In this document: piece after piece, positions 52,768 to 62,971 of the stretch
How positions within the stretch are numbered: position 1 is the stretch's first letter
Layout of the letters: each line of letters opens with the position of its first letter
The notes under the pieces: generated by a model
Seen by the model: the letters and a program-made list of their open reading frames with translations, nothing else
The model's database searches: none
What the model was told of the DNA's origin: nothing
Source: Escherichia coli
Lineage (GTDB): Bacteria > Pseudomonadota > Gammaproteobacteria > Enterobacterales > Enterobacteriaceae
Length of the DNA stretch: 64,000 bases
Reading direction: 5' to 3' (one strand)
NCBI RefSeq assembly: GCF_030013595.1
Contig: NZ_CP122768.1
Program-made: the position numbers and the translations under genes

Positions 52768-53664
52768 ATGCCTGCCGTTGACCTTTCACAGTTACCGGAC
52801 CCCGCCATCATCGCGGAGCCTGACTTTGAGGCAATTCTGGCTGACACAAAGGCCATGATGATTGCGTCCTATCCCGCCGAACAGCGTGAAGCCGTTTCCG
52901 CCGCGCTGGAGCTGGAATCGGAACCCCTTAACGTTATCGCTCAAACCATGTCGTTTCGTGAAATGCTGTTACGCCAGCGGGTCAATGAGGGTGCACGCGC
53001 CTGCATGCTAAGCCACAGCGCCGGGACAGACCTGGACAACCTCGCGGGCAATATGAACACAAAGCGCCTGGTTATCACTCCGGCAACGGATACCACCGAC
53101 GCAGTGATGGAAAGTGACACCTCGCTGAGACTACGGGCGCAACGGGCATATGACGGTCTGAGTGTTGCTGGCCCGTCAGGTGCATACGAGTATTTTGCAC
53201 GCAGCGCCAGCGGTCTGGTACGCGATGCGCGGGCCATCAGCCCGTCTCCGGCCAACGTGACGGTTTCCATCCTGTCCACTGAGGGCGACGGCACAGCAAC
53301 GGAGGCATTGCTTAATACCGTTCGCGCCGTTCTGAATGCAGAGGATACCCGCCCGGTGGCCGACCGCCTGACCGTACAGAGTGCCAGAATCGTGACATGG
53401 CGGCTGAATGCAAAACTGTACTTTTACCCCGGCCCGGAATCCGAACCTATTCTGGCCGCGGCGGAATCGTCGTTCAGGAAGTGGCTGTCTGAGCAGGGGC
53501 TTATCGGTCAGGATGTGGCGTTGTCAGCCATTGCTGCCGCACTGCATGTGCACGGTGTGCAACGCGTGGAGATAATCGAACCCACACAAAATATGGCCAT
53601 CAGCGACATACAGGCGGCGCGCTGTGAGTCATTCACCATCAGCGAAGGTGGGCGTAATGAGTAA
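52768..53664 (+). CDS. J: baseplate protein, P2 gpJ family
   Basis: 298-aa ORF at the P2 J position. Confidence 0.9.
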   Translation: MPAVDLSQLPDPAIIAEPDFEAILADTKAMMIASYPAEQREAVSAALELESEPLNVIAQTMSFREMLLRQRVNEGARACMLSHSAGTDLDNLAGNMNTKRLVITPATDTTDAVMESDTSLRLRAQRAYDGLSVAGPSGAYEYFARSASGLVRDARAISPSPANVTVSILSTEGDGTATEALLNTVRAVLNAEDTRPVADRLTVQSARIVTWRLNAKLYFYPGPESEPILAAAESSFRKWLSEQGLIGQDVALSAIAAALHVHGVQRVEIIEPTQNMAISDIQAARCESFTISEGGRNE

Positions 53665-54187
53665 TTCACTGTTACCGCCATCAGCCAGCAATTTCATGCG
53701 TTGTGCCGAAGCTGTCGGAACGCGCATTACAGACATTCCGGTAGACCTCAACACGCTGTGGTCGCCGGACACCTGCCCGGTGCATCTGCTGCCTTATCTC
53801 GCCTGGGCATTTTCCGTTGACCGCTGGGATCGCAACTGGCCGGAAGAGACAAAGCGACAGGTGATTCGTGATGCATGGCTGATACACCGACACAAAGGGA
53901 CCATCAGCGCACTGCGCCGGGCCATTGAGCCGCTGGGATACCTCATTCGTGTGTCTGAGTGGTGGGAGTTCGGCGGAGAACCGGGAACATTTACCGTTGA
54001 AGTCGGCACGCTGGACAGTGGCGTGACGGAGGAAATGTATCTGGAAATGGAGCGGTTGATTGCTGATGCCCGCCCGGTCAGCCGCCACATGACAGGGCTG
54101 AATATCATTCAGGAGATCCCGGGGGATATTTTCGCGGCGGCAGCAACTTACGACGGTGAAGTCATTACCATTTATCCGGACGATTAA
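53657..54187 (+). CDS. I: baseplate/tail protein, P2 gpI family
   Basis: Start MSNSLLPPSASNF... aligns with the P2 I N-terminus; ...CPVHLLPYLAWAFSVDRWD...ADARPVSRHM...NIIQEIPGDIFAA... conserved. Confidence 0.85.
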   Translation: MSNSLLPPSASNFMRCAEAVGTRITDIPVDLNTLWSPDTCPVHLLPYLAWAFSVDRWDRNWPEETKRQVIRDAWLIHRHKGTISALRRAIEPLGYLIRVSEWWEFGGEPGTFTVEVGTLDSGVTEEMYLEMERLIADARPVSRHMTGLNIIQEIPGDIFAAAATYDGEVITIYPDD

Positions 54188-54189
54188 GC

Positions 54190-56781
54190 ATGAGTACCAC
54201 AACACGAAAATTTAAAACCATTATCACTGATACTGGTGCCAAAAAATTAGCTCAGGCAGCCGCGCCAGATGGTAATCCTGTCCGCCTGACTCACATGGCC
54301 GTGGGCGACGGTGGCGGCACGTTGCCCACACCAGACAGTAAGCAGACCCGTCTGGTGCATGAGGTGTGGCGACATACTGTTAATCGCGTCATCCTGGACG
54401 CAACACATCAGAACCGCATTATTGCGGAGCTGGTTATTCCTCCTGAAACGGGCGGATTCTGGATCCGGGAAATTGGTGTATTTGATGAGCACGGCGATTT
54501 GATCGCGGTGGGCAATACTGCGGAAAGTTACAAGCCAGCCGTTGCCGAAGGATCCGGACGTGTACAAACATTTCGCACCATTCTGACCGTATCCAGCACT
54601 GCCACCGTGGCGCTTACCGTGGATAACACCATGGTTATGGCCACAGTGGATTACGTGAATGACAAACTGAAAGAACATGAACAGTCACGACGTCACCCGG
54701 ACGCCTCGCTGACCGCAAAAGGCTTTGTTCAACTCAGTAGCGCCACCAACAGCACGTCTGAAACACTGGCCGCAACGCCGAAAGCGGTAAAGGCCGCGTA
54801 TGACCTTGCTAACGGGAAATATACCGCACAGGACGCCACCATAGCGCGAAAAGGCCTTGTCCAGCTCAGTAGTGCCACCAACAGCACGTCTGAAACGCTC
54901 GCCGCAACGCCGAAAGCGGTAAAGGCAGCATATGACCTTGCTAACGGGAAATACACTGCACAGGACGCCACCACAACGCGAAAAGGCCTTGTTCAGCTCA
55001 GTAGCGCCACCAACAGTGATTCTGAAACGCTTGCGGCAACGCCAAAGGCGGTAAAGGCAGCATATGACCTTGCTAACGGGAAATACACTGCACAGGACGC
55101 CACCACAGCGCGAAAAGGTCTTGTCCAGCTCAGTAGCGCCACCAACAGCACGTCTGAAGCATTGGCCGCAACACCGAAAGCGGTAAAGGCCGCGTATGAC
55201 CTTGCTAACGGGAAATACACTGCACAGGACGCCACCACAGCGCGAAAAGGTCTTGTCCAGCTCAGTAGCGTCACCAACAGCGATTCTGAAACGCTTGCGG
55301 CAACGCCAAAGGCGGTAAAGGCCGCGTATAACCTTGCTAACGGGAAATACACTGCACAGGATGCCACTACAGCGCGAAAAGGTCTTGTCCAGCTCAGTAG
55401 CGTCACCAACAGTGATTCTGAAACGCTGGCCGCAACATCAAAAGCGGTGAAGTCTGCCTATGACAATGCTGAAAAACGCCTTCAGAAAGATCAGAACGGT
55501 GCGGATATTCCGGGAAAGGATACCTTCACGAAAAATATCGGTGCCTGTCGTGCTTATAGCGGCGCTTTGAGCACTGAAGCCGGAAACTGGACAACCGCTC
55601 AGTTTATTGAATGGCTGGATTCCCGTGGTGCATTTAATCATCCGTACTGGATGTGCAAAGGCTCATGGTCATATGCAAATAACAAAATCATTACGGATAC
55701 CGGATGTGGTGATATCCACCTGGCTGGTTGTGTCGTCGAGGTCATGGGAACTAAATCTGCAATCACTATCCGAGTAACCACGCCGACAACATCAAGTGGT
55801 GGCGGTACAACCAGCGCACAATTCACTTACATTAATCATGGGGGCGGCTACTTCCCCGGCTGGCGTCGTGACTGGAATCGTCAGGGCGACTCAATGACCG
55901 GAACGATTAATCAGGATGGCGGAAGCCAGAATGCCTATATGTCTACGGCCTTATGTTCAGGCACCAGAGGCGGCAAAAAATATCTCAGAAAGTTTCGTGG
56001 TGGAGAAGGAGATACTATCTGGCATGAAACAGTACAGGGCGGGGTAATTCGCTGGGCGACAGGAAACTATGACGCTCAGGAAGAATTATCACTCAGCTCC
56101 GCTTATGGTCTCCGTTCAAGAGGTGAGATTACATCACTCAGTGCTAATGGTCTGCGCATTGCTTATGGCAATTATGGATTCTTTATCAGGAATGATGGCG
56201 GCAGCACATATTTAATGCTGACGGCCTCTGGCGATAAATTTGGGACATGGAACGGCTTAAGACCGCTGACTATCAATAACGCCAATGGCGGAGTGTCAAT
56301 GGGGCATGGCCTGAGTGTTACAGGTGATATTGTCTCAAGTACCAAAGTACGTGCCGGTAGCGGGAAAAAGTTCACGGTCAGCAGCAGCAATACATCCACG
56401 AAGGAAGCCGCATTCAATTTGTGGGGAAACGCAAGTCGTCCGGTGGTGGCTGAATTAGGTGATGATGCAGGCTGGCATTTTTACAGTCAGAGAAATACAG
56501 ATAACAGCATCACTTTTGCTGTTAACGGGCAGGTATCACCATCTAACTATGGCAACTTTGATTCACGCTATGTCCGGGATATTAGACTTGGTGGCGCGTC
56601 ATCCTATAAACCAGCAAATAACGGGACAACATGGACGCATCAGGCTCCATCTGGTTGCGCATATACCGGGATTATCGTTCAGGATACAGGCTCAAACTCT
56701 GCCGATAATATTGGTGGTGTTTATTACAGACCAATTCAAAAAAATATTAATGGTACATGGTATAACGTATCGAGTGTTTGA
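54190..56781 (+). CDS. H: tail fibre protein, P2 gpH-like, with internal tandem repeats
   Basis: 863-aa ORF; N-terminal 170 aa like P2 H; five and a half tandem copies of a 44-aa unit; Gly-rich distal domain. Confidence 0.9.
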   Translation: MSTTTRKFKTIITDTGAKKLAQAAAPDGNPVRLTHMAVGDGGGTLPTPDSKQTRLVHEVWRHTVNRVILDATHQNRIIAELVIPPETGGFWIREIGVFDEHGDLIAVGNTAESYKPAVAEGSGRVQTFRTILTVSSTATVALTVDNTMVMATVDYVNDKLKEHEQSRRHPDASLTAKGFVQLSSATNSTSETLAATPKAVKAAYDLANGKYTAQDATIARKGLVQLSSATNSTSETLAATPKAVKAAYDLANGKYTAQDATTTRKGLVQLSSATNSDSETLAATPKAVKAAYDLANGKYTAQDATTARKGLVQLSSATNSTSEALAATPKAVKAAYDLANGKYTAQDATTARKGLVQLSSVTNSDSETLAATPKAVKAAYNLANGKYTAQDATTARKGLVQLSSVTNSDSETLAATSKAVKSAYDNAEKRLQKDQNGADIPGKDTFTKNIGACRAYSGALSTEAGNWTTAQFIEWLDSRGAFNHPYWMCKGSWSYANNKIITDTGCGDIHLAGCVVEVMGTKSAITIRVTTPTTSSGGGTTSAQFTYINHGGGYFPGWRRDWNRQGDSMTGTINQDGGSQNAYMSTALCSGTRGGKKYLRKFRGGEGDTIWHETVQGGVIRWATGNYDAQEELSLSSAYGLRSRGEITSLSANGLRIAYGNYGFFIRNDGGSTYLMLTASGDKFGTWNGLRPLTINNANGGVSMGHGLSVTGDIVSSTKVRAGSGKKFTVSSSNTSTKEAAFNLWGNASRPVVAELGDDAGWHFYSQRNTDNSITFAVNGQVSPSNYGNFDSRYVRDIRLGGASSYKPANNGTTWTHQAPSGCAYTGIIVQDTGSNSADNIGGVYYRPIQKNINGTWYNVSSV
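54718..55455 (+). repeat. tandem array of a 132-bp (44-codon) unit inside tail fibre gene H
   Basis: Protein repeats KGLVQLSSATNSTSETLAATPKAVKAAYDLANGKYTAQDATTAR x5 plus a diverged partial sixth; nucleotide copies over 90 percent identical. Confidence 0.85.
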
Positions 56782-57317
56782 TTATGATGCATTTAAAAAA
56801 TATAAAACCGGGCAATCCAAAAACAAAAGAACAGTACCTGTTAACTAAAAACTCCGGCGTTGTCTGGTTATTCGCTGAAGATGGTAAAAACTGGTATGAG
56901 GAACAAAAGAACTTTCAGCCAGACACCATAAAGATTGCATATGATGAAAATAATGTCATATGCGACGTGCAAACGGATGTAACTGCAATTTGCCCGGAAG
57001 GAAAAAGTGTTGTCGAGTTGCCTAATATTACAGCAAACCGACGCGCTGATATTTCAGGTAACTGGATGTTTAAAGATGGCTCAGTCATTAAACGTGTGTA
57101 TACCGAAGAAGAGCAACGCTTGCAGGCTGAAAACCAGAAACAAAGGTTATTACAGCAGGCCAGAGAAAAAACGCAGTTCTGGCAGACCCAGCTTGCATTA
57201 GGGATTATCAGTGATTCAGATAAGCAACAACTGATGCGCTGGATGCGGTACGTGCAACAAGTTGAGACCACTGATACCACTGAATTACCCGTTACGTTCC
57301 CTGATCAACCAGAATAA
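56778..57317 (+). CDS. G: tail fibre assembly protein, P2 gpG-like
   Basis: 179-aa ORF overlapping the H stop; C-terminal ...QQLMRWMRYVQQVETTDTTELPVTFPDQP tail fibre chaperone pattern. Confidence 0.85.
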   Translation: MIMMHLKNIKPGNPKTKEQYLLTKNSGVVWLFAEDGKNWYEEQKNFQPDTIKIAYDENNVICDVQTDVTAICPEGKSVVELPNITANRRADISGNWMFKDGSVIKRVYTEEEQRLQAENQKQRLLQQAREKTQFWQTQLALGIISDSDKQQLMRWMRYVQQVETTDTTELPVTFPDQPE

Positions 57318-57320
57318 ACG

Positions 57321-57345
57321 AAAGGCCCGAATATCGGGCCTTATC
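57321..57345. terminator. bidirectional terminator hairpin between convergent G and U
   Basis: AAAGGCCCGA-ATAT-CGGGCCTT with an A-rich 5' flank and T-rich 3' flank. Confidence 0.6.
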
Positions 57346-57385
57346 GTTATTTCTGTTTATCTAACTATTTGTGATTTGCGTTAAA

Positions 57386-57880
57386 TCAGAACAGTCCCTT
57401 AACAGAACTGACCGCACTGTTAAGGGATGACGCCACCTTATCTTTGAAGCCGGACAGCATATCGCTGAACGATGAGGATTGCAGGCGCTCCCGCAAATCC
57501 TCATCACAGCGTTCAAGGGTCAGTGAAAATTCTATCTTTTTCGCCTTACCGTAGCGATCAAACTCGGAACGGGTCGTATTCGTTTCAGTCAGCACATACA
57601 TGCCGTAAATCTGCCCGACACCATCAATCAGAGGCCAGGGGCGTCCTGTATATGCCTGCGTGGTCAGCAACGAAAGCGACACTTCGCCACCTGTAATTTC
57701 AGGATAAAGCACGCCGGAAAGCACAATGCGATCATCACCTGCACCTATATACTGCCAGCTTGCTGAACGGTTAACGCGTTCATTTTTTACATGCCGCCAG
57801 CTTTTGTTTTGCTGTAACTGCTGATGCGGCAGTGTGCGCAGCTCAAAAACAAACATGCCGTAGATCATCATCATGGCCAT
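57386..57880 (-). CDS. U: tail protein, P2 gpU family
   Basis: ...MFVFELRTLPHQQLQQNKSWRHVKNERVNR...WPLIDGVGQIYGMYV... aligns with P2 U (MMVLGLFVFQLRTVPYQQLQQ...). Confidence 0.85.
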   Translation of the reverse strand: MAMMMIYGMFVFELRTLPHQQLQQNKSWRHVKNERVNRSASWQYIGAGDDRIVLSGVLYPEITGGEVSLSLLTTQAYTGRPWPLIDGVGQIYGMYVLTETNTTRSEFDRYGKAKKIEFSLTLERCDEDLRERLQSSSFSDMLSGFKDKVASSLNSAVSSVKGLF

Positions 57881-57886
57881 GACTCC

Positions 57887-60703
57887 TCAATCTTTATCGT
57901 AAAAACTGCCACGTCCGGCACGGGCGCGCCGTTCCATCTCTGCCCTGACCATTTCACCGACCAGTTTCGCCAGTTCGCGGGGATTCTGCGTAACAACGTT
58001 ATGCAGATGAACATGAATTTCACCGCCAAACCCGGAGGCAACAGGCTCCCGGTTACGGAAAGTTGCAGGAACTGATGCCACTGGAGAGCGTATGGCCTCC
58101 GCCACCGGGCGGGAGCTGGCCGCAACAACAGGGACCAGCGCCGGAGGCAGCGGAGCCGGGACCACGGGTGTGATATTAATTGCGGGGGCAGGCTTACTGA
58201 CCTGCGCAATCTTCCGCTCCTGCCACTCCCCACGAACAGCAAGTGCGCGGGGCAGGTTCTTAAAGACAATATCGCCGGGGCCAATGCGTTTTTTCGTCTC
58301 ATCAACCAGCTTACCTGTGTTATCAGCAATTTTGCTGAGTCTGCGTAGCGTACCGGTATTGCTGTCTGTGAGCGGTTTGTTGTCTTTGGGCTTATCACCT
58401 CCGGTGCCATTGCCATTTTCCACAGGCTTCGGCGGATTGATTTTCGCCAGGTCCCCCTGAAGCAAGGCAACCTTGTCCTGAAGAATGGCCGCACGCTGTG
58501 CGTCTTCGATTTTCTTGCGCGCCCTTTCCGCTTCATCCGGAAGCACACCGAGCTTTTCAAGTATCCACGCCAGCGTATCCAGCAACATTTTTGCAGGTGT
58601 CAGAACAAGTTGTAACGCACCGCCAAGAACGTTACCGAATATCTCGCCAGCACTGGTACATTTATCCAGCGTTTCCTTGCTGGACTCCATCGGTGACAGC
58701 AGCGATTTAAACCAGTTAAACACCTGGCTGATCCCGCTTCCGATTGCGTCAAAAACAGGACCAAACCGTTCAAAGGTTTCGCGCAACGGGGTCAGCCTTT
58801 CCATAATCCCGCTGAACACTCCGGCAAAAAATGCCCTGATGGGATCCCAGTATTTCCAGATAAGAACGGCAGCTCCGGCAAGCGCAGCCACAATAAGACC
58901 AACCGGACTGAACAACGCCCCGATAGCGCCTCCCAGTAAAGAAACAGAACCCGTCACCATTCCCCACAGCGCAGGCAACACCCTGACGACATTCATTGAC
59001 CGGGTCAGGATGTCAAAACCAAGACGCAGGGTGGCCAGCTTCCCGTAAAGCACCCCAATAACCAGCGACAACGAGCCAATCGTTGCAGTCATTGCCAGCA
59101 ACGCACCGCCTGCTATCAGTAGCTGGCGCGTCAGTACCGGATGGGCCTGCGCCAGCGAGGTGATTTTTTCAAGCACCCGCGTGAACCACTGCGTGACAAA
59201 ACGCAGCGGACCGTCAACCAGATCACTGATGCGAATACGAAGACCTTCCCATGCGCTGTCGAGATTTTTCAGGTCCCCATCAAGATTATCGGCCATTACT
59301 TTTGCAACGCGATCGGCCTCTCCCCTTGCCCCCTGCAATTCTCTGGTCAGTTTTTGCAGCTCTCCTGAACCAGCCGCCGCAACAAGCGTCTGCAAACCAA
59401 CGAACGCCTCTTCTCCGGCGATGTCCTTGAAGAAGGAGACCTGGTCCACCTGTCCGTATTTTTGTGTCGCCTTATAGAGATCAAGCAGCACATCCTCCAT
59501 CGGGCGCATTTTGCCTCTGGCGTCAGCAACTGACACCCCAAGCTCTTTCAGCGCATCAGCCGCAGCTTTTGGCGGTGATGCAAGGCGGGACAGACTTGCG
59601 CGCATGGCCGTACCAGCATCGCTTCCACGAAGACCATTATTGGCAAGCATCCCGGCCATGGCTGCCGCTTCTTCAAGACTGATACCAAGTTTTGCGGCAA
59701 CCGGACCGGTATACTTCATGGTTTCGCCCAGCGCGCGTAAATCAGTATTGGTCCGGGTGAATGCCGCTGTCAGCGTATCGCCAACCCGGTCCATTTGATC
59801 GGCTGTCAGGTTGAACTGTGTGAGGATATTGGAGCCTATATCAGCCGTCTCGCCGAGTTCGACGCCACCTGCCAGCGCCATATTAAGAACACCGGGCAAT
59901 GCGGCCTGAATGGCCTGCGGAGTAAAACCAGCCATTGCCAGAAAGCTCTGCCCACTGGCGGCATCACTCGCAGTAAACTGTGTTTCAGAGCCAAGTTTTA
60001 ACGCCTGCTCACGCAGCGCCTTAAACTGCGGGCTGTTTTTGTCGATTCGCGTCAGTGCCTGAACGCGGGACATCTCTTTGCCGAACCCGATCGCAGGCTG
60101 CAAAAAACGCCCGGCAGCATAGCCGCCCGCCGCTGCCGCACCAATTGCCAGCGCACCACCTGTTTTCAGTTTTCCCGCTGTTTCCTGCGCGCGCGAATAC
60201 CGCTCACGCGCCCGCGTTACACGCGCAAGCGCCTGCCGTTCGCGTTCAAGCTGGTTGTTGTACTGTTCGGTGCGTCTGATGGCCTGCTGGATGGTGTTAT
60301 CGCTGCCTGTCAGGGAAATGCCGTGGCGTTTCAGCTCTCCGCCAAGCTCCCGCATTTTCTGAATTTCCCGTGTGCGCGATTCATTCAGGCGTTCAAGCCG
60401 GGTGCTTAACTGCTGCATCAGCTTTTGTTGTTTTTCGCTGAGCACTGTACCCGTGCGTTGTAACTGATTAAGGGCGTTAAGCTGGCGTCGTGCTTTCAAT
60501 ATGCCAGCATCCGCTTTACTGACAGCGTCACGGGCGCGCTCAAATGAACGCGCCTGACGCTCGAGATTTTTGATCGCCCCCTGCGTTCGCTGGATGGAGT
60601 CACCAAGCTGCCCCATCAGGCGGCGGGCGTTTTCGGCAGGCCGGGTCAACCTGTCAACGGCGCTGAAAGCGACCCGGATATCAAGAGTCTTCATTATCTG
60701 CAT
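57887..60703 (-). CDS. T: tail tape measure protein, P2 gpT family
   Basis: 938-aa largely alpha-helical ORF with central hydrophobic segments. Confidence 0.9.
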   Translation of the reverse strand: MQIMKTLDIRVAFSAVDRLTRPAENARRLMGQLGDSIQRTQGAIKNLERQARSFERARDAVSKADAGILKARRQLNALNQLQRTGTVLSEKQQKLMQQLSTRLERLNESRTREIQKMRELGGELKRHGISLTGSDNTIQQAIRRTEQYNNQLERERQALARVTRARERYSRAQETAGKLKTGGALAIGAAAAGGYAAGRFLQPAIGFGKEMSRVQALTRIDKNSPQFKALREQALKLGSETQFTASDAASGQSFLAMAGFTPQAIQAALPGVLNMALAGGVELGETADIGSNILTQFNLTADQMDRVGDTLTAAFTRTNTDLRALGETMKYTGPVAAKLGISLEEAAAMAGMLANNGLRGSDAGTAMRASLSRLASPPKAAADALKELGVSVADARGKMRPMEDVLLDLYKATQKYGQVDQVSFFKDIAGEEAFVGLQTLVAAAGSGELQKLTRELQGARGEADRVAKVMADNLDGDLKNLDSAWEGLRIRISDLVDGPLRFVTQWFTRVLEKITSLAQAHPVLTRQLLIAGGALLAMTATIGSLSLVIGVLYGKLATLRLGFDILTRSMNVVRVLPALWGMVTGSVSLLGGAIGALFSPVGLIVAALAGAAVLIWKYWDPIRAFFAGVFSGIMERLTPLRETFERFGPVFDAIGSGISQVFNWFKSLLSPMESSKETLDKCTSAGEIFGNVLGGALQLVLTPAKMLLDTLAWILEKLGVLPDEAERARKKIEDAQRAAILQDKVALLQGDLAKINPPKPVENGNGTGGDKPKDNKPLTDSNTGTLRRLSKIADNTGKLVDETKKRIGPGDIVFKNLPRALAVRGEWQERKIAQVSKPAPAINITPVVPAPLPPALVPVVAASSRPVAEAIRSPVASVPATFRNREPVASGFGGEIHVHLHNVVTQNPRELAKLVGEMVRAEMERRARAGRGSFYDKD

Positions 60704-61219
60704 TCCCGCTGCGAAGTGCCGCCCGCTCGCGCCAGCTAACCACTTCGCCGGGCGTCATCATGAAGATTTCGGCGGGCGACCAGTTAAAAATGGCGGCAAT
60801 ATCCGCCACCAGATCTTCGATGTGCTCAAAGCACACCAGGGTGATTACGCTGCCGTCTCCTGCACGCTCTTCGCGCCAGAGTCTGGCTCGCTCATAAAAT
60901 TTACAGCCACAGCGCACAACTGAATAAAATCGCGTGACGACATTTTTTTAATCATCACTTCATCCAGTCGTGGCGAGGTCACGCGAGGCAACAGCGTGAA
61001 CATGGTATCCGCTTTCAGATTCAGCACATCAGACAGCGACAGACCACGCAGGGATCCAGCCTGCTCAATAGCCCCGGTGATCTCCACATACGTGATTTTT
61101 TCGCCACCACGCTCAATTGGTCGGGTCAGTTTTACGCCACGTTCGACAGCCATATCCTCACCTGCCGTCACATCATCCGCCACGGTGTTATTCCGGGTTT
61201 CAGTATCGATGTCTTTCAT
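60681..61219 (-). CDS. E+E' tail chaperone fusion by programmed -1 frameshift (putative)
   Basis: 78-codon ORF 60681..60917 lies in the -1 frame overlapping the E 3' end and the T start, the conserved P2 E/E' arrangement. Confidence 0.55.
60845..61219 (-). CDS. E: tail assembly chaperone, P2 gpE-like (start uncertain)
   Basis: 124-aa ORF between FII and T. Confidence 0.7.
   Translation of the reverse strand: MKDIDTETRNNTVADDVTAGEDMAVERGVKLTRPIERGGEKITYVEITGAIEQAGSLRGLSLSDVLNLKADTMFTLLPRVTSPRLDEVMIKKMSSRDFIQLCAVAVNFMSEPDSGAKSVQETAA
60943..60949 (-). other. candidate slippery A7 run for the E/E' frameshift
   Basis: Plus-strand TTTTTTT at 60943..60949 (minus-strand AAAAAAA read as ATT AAA AAA ATG); the only homopolymer between the -1-frame stop at 60948..60950 and the E stop. 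Confidence 0.45.
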
Positions 61220-61274
61220 CAGTTGTCTCCTTTTCAGTCAGAGGCGACGCACTGCGCCGCCTGCATATTATTTA

Positions 61275-61787
61275 TCAGCCAAGCCCAAGCGCGGAACGGA
61301 TACGGTCAGGCACAATGTCCTTGCCGTCCTTCCGGTAGATGTGGTTCAACAGGTCGATTTCCCACAGCGGGCGATCGTTAACGCTCAGCTTGTAGTAGGT
61401 GTTTTTGACAGCGTAAGTGTGTGATGTGGCTTCGCCCTGTTTGGCTTCCCCCATATCAATTTCCGTCACACGCCCGCGCATCTCGATTTCATACAGATCA
61501 CTTTCTGCATCGGTGTAGTATTCACCCGCAAAACGCAGCAGCGTGCCGTCAATCGTGCCGCCATATTTAAGGAACAGCGCACGAACAGCTCCCCCCATAA
61601 CAAAACTCGCATCAAGCGCGGAGTCGTCCAGACCGAGATCAATACTTACCGCCCCCATCATGCCACCACCACGATAGCTGTCGGTTTTGCGCGTCAGTTT
61701 GGGCGGCGTGACGGATGTCACTTTACCCACTTCGTTTTCACCATCCACAAACAACGTAAAAAAGCGAAGATGTTTTGGTACAGCCAT
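61275..61787 (-). CDS. FII: tail tube protein, P2 gpFII family
   Basis: 170-aa ORF immediately after the sheath gene. Confidence 0.88.
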   Translation of the reverse strand: MAVPKHLRFFTLFVDGENEVGKVTSVTPPKLTRKTDSYRGGGMMGAVSIDLGLDDSALDASFVMGGAVRALFLKYGGTIDGTLLRFAGEYYTDAESDLYEIEMRGRVTEIDMGEAKQGEATSHTYAVKNTYYKLSVNDRPLWEIDLLNHIYRKDGKDIVPDRIRSALGLG

Positions 61788-62971
61788 CAGACACCTCCCA
61801 GCACCGCAAATGCGGGACCAAAGAATTCATCAGTAAACGTCTGGTAAAGCTCCATGTCTTCCAGTGGCGGAACGGGCGTATATTTGTAGCGAATACGCAC
61901 ACGTCCCTGACGTAAATCCGTGGTGCCGTTATCCACCACGTCATACCAGCACTCCGCACCAATCAGTTTCCCGGCAGTAACCAGCGAATCCAGTTTTGCT
62001 CTGATGGCACTGATAACATCCTTCACGTTCGCAGGCGTCAGTGGACTGTCGATGGTTTCAAACTGCGCTTCCGCAATTGAATCAGCCAGCACCTGTGCGG
62101 TTCGGGTATACACCTCAAAGATGTAGGCGTTCGTTTCCGGTGTGCGGTTGCCCCAGAAGCGGAACCCGTTGCGACGAATAATGGTCGTGATTTCTTTGTT
62201 GTTGAGGCTGTTGGCATCACTGTCTTCAGCCTGCAACGACCAGAACACATGCCTCGACATCCCCAGCACATTTTTAACCGGAACGTTGGACAGCGATTTG
62301 TGCCAGCCCTGCTCATGGTCAATGTACGCACGAAGGCCGCACGCATAGGCAGGCGCGGGGAACGTTTCGTTTTCGCCACTTTTCGGGTTGTAGGCGATGA
62401 AGTCCGGCCACAAGAGCATCACCTCACGTTCGTTGAATTTCTGGCGGTAGGTAATCGCTTCAGCCATCGTGTTACAGCCGTGACATGCGGCATACACAAA
62501 CGCGCGCAGTTTACCCGCAATCACGCACAGGGATTTTGTCACCGCCTCCGTGTCCAGCTCCGGCGCGGCCAGAATACGCGGACGGTATCCGATGCTTTCA
62601 TCCTGCTCTGCAACAAGCAGCGCATACATCCCCGTATAGCTGCCGTCATCCTCAGAACCACCGATAACCAGTTGATCCTGCGTCTTACCGTCTTCTTCTT
62701 TGTGTTCAGCCACGCGAACGACGATCACCTTTGTGCTCACCTGGTCTGCGATGGCCTTAAGCGCACGATAAAGCGTCCCCGTTGTTCCGCATTTTCCCAG
62801 CACGTCATTGACGCGGGTCAGCAGTGTGGGCTTGTTCAGCGGGAACAGCTTCGCGTCCGCATCATCCGCCGTTGCCACGATACCGATAACGCTGGAATCA
62901 ACATCGTTAATCGCTGTTACCAGGTCGGTATTTTCCGTAACACGGGCACCATGAAAACGAGTTTCACTCAT
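61787..62971 (-). CDS. FI: contractile tail sheath protein, P2 gpFI family
   Basis: 394-aa ORF; ...FPLNKPTLLT...KLRAFVYAA...WPDF...GWHKSLSNV...RRNGFRFWGNRT...YTPVPPLE... align with P2 FI. Confidence 0.92.
   Translation of the reverse strand: MSETRFHGARVTENTDLVTAINDVDSSVIGIVATADDADAKLFPLNKPTLLTRVNDVLGKCGTTGTLYRALKAIADQVSTKVIVVRVAEHKEEDGKTQDQLVIGGSEDDGSYTGMYALLVAEQDESIGYRPRILAAPELDTEAVTKSLCVIAGKLRAFVYAACHGCNTMAEAITYRQKFNEREVMLLWPDFIAYNPKSGENETFPAPAYACGLRAYIDHEQGWHKSLSNVPVKNVLGMSRHVFWSLQAEDSDANSLNNKEITTIIRRNGFRFWGNRTPETNAYIFEVYTRTAQVLADSIAEAQFETIDSPLTPANVKDVISAIRAKLDSLVTAGKLIGAECWYDVVDNGTTDLRQGRVRIRYKYTPVPPLEDMELYQTFTDEFFGPAFAVLGGV

Noticed and set aside
54729-55409. 81-aa and 138-aa minus-strand ORFs with repeated sequence
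   Set aside because: Generated by the tandem 132-bp repeat in tail fibre gene H read on the opposite strand
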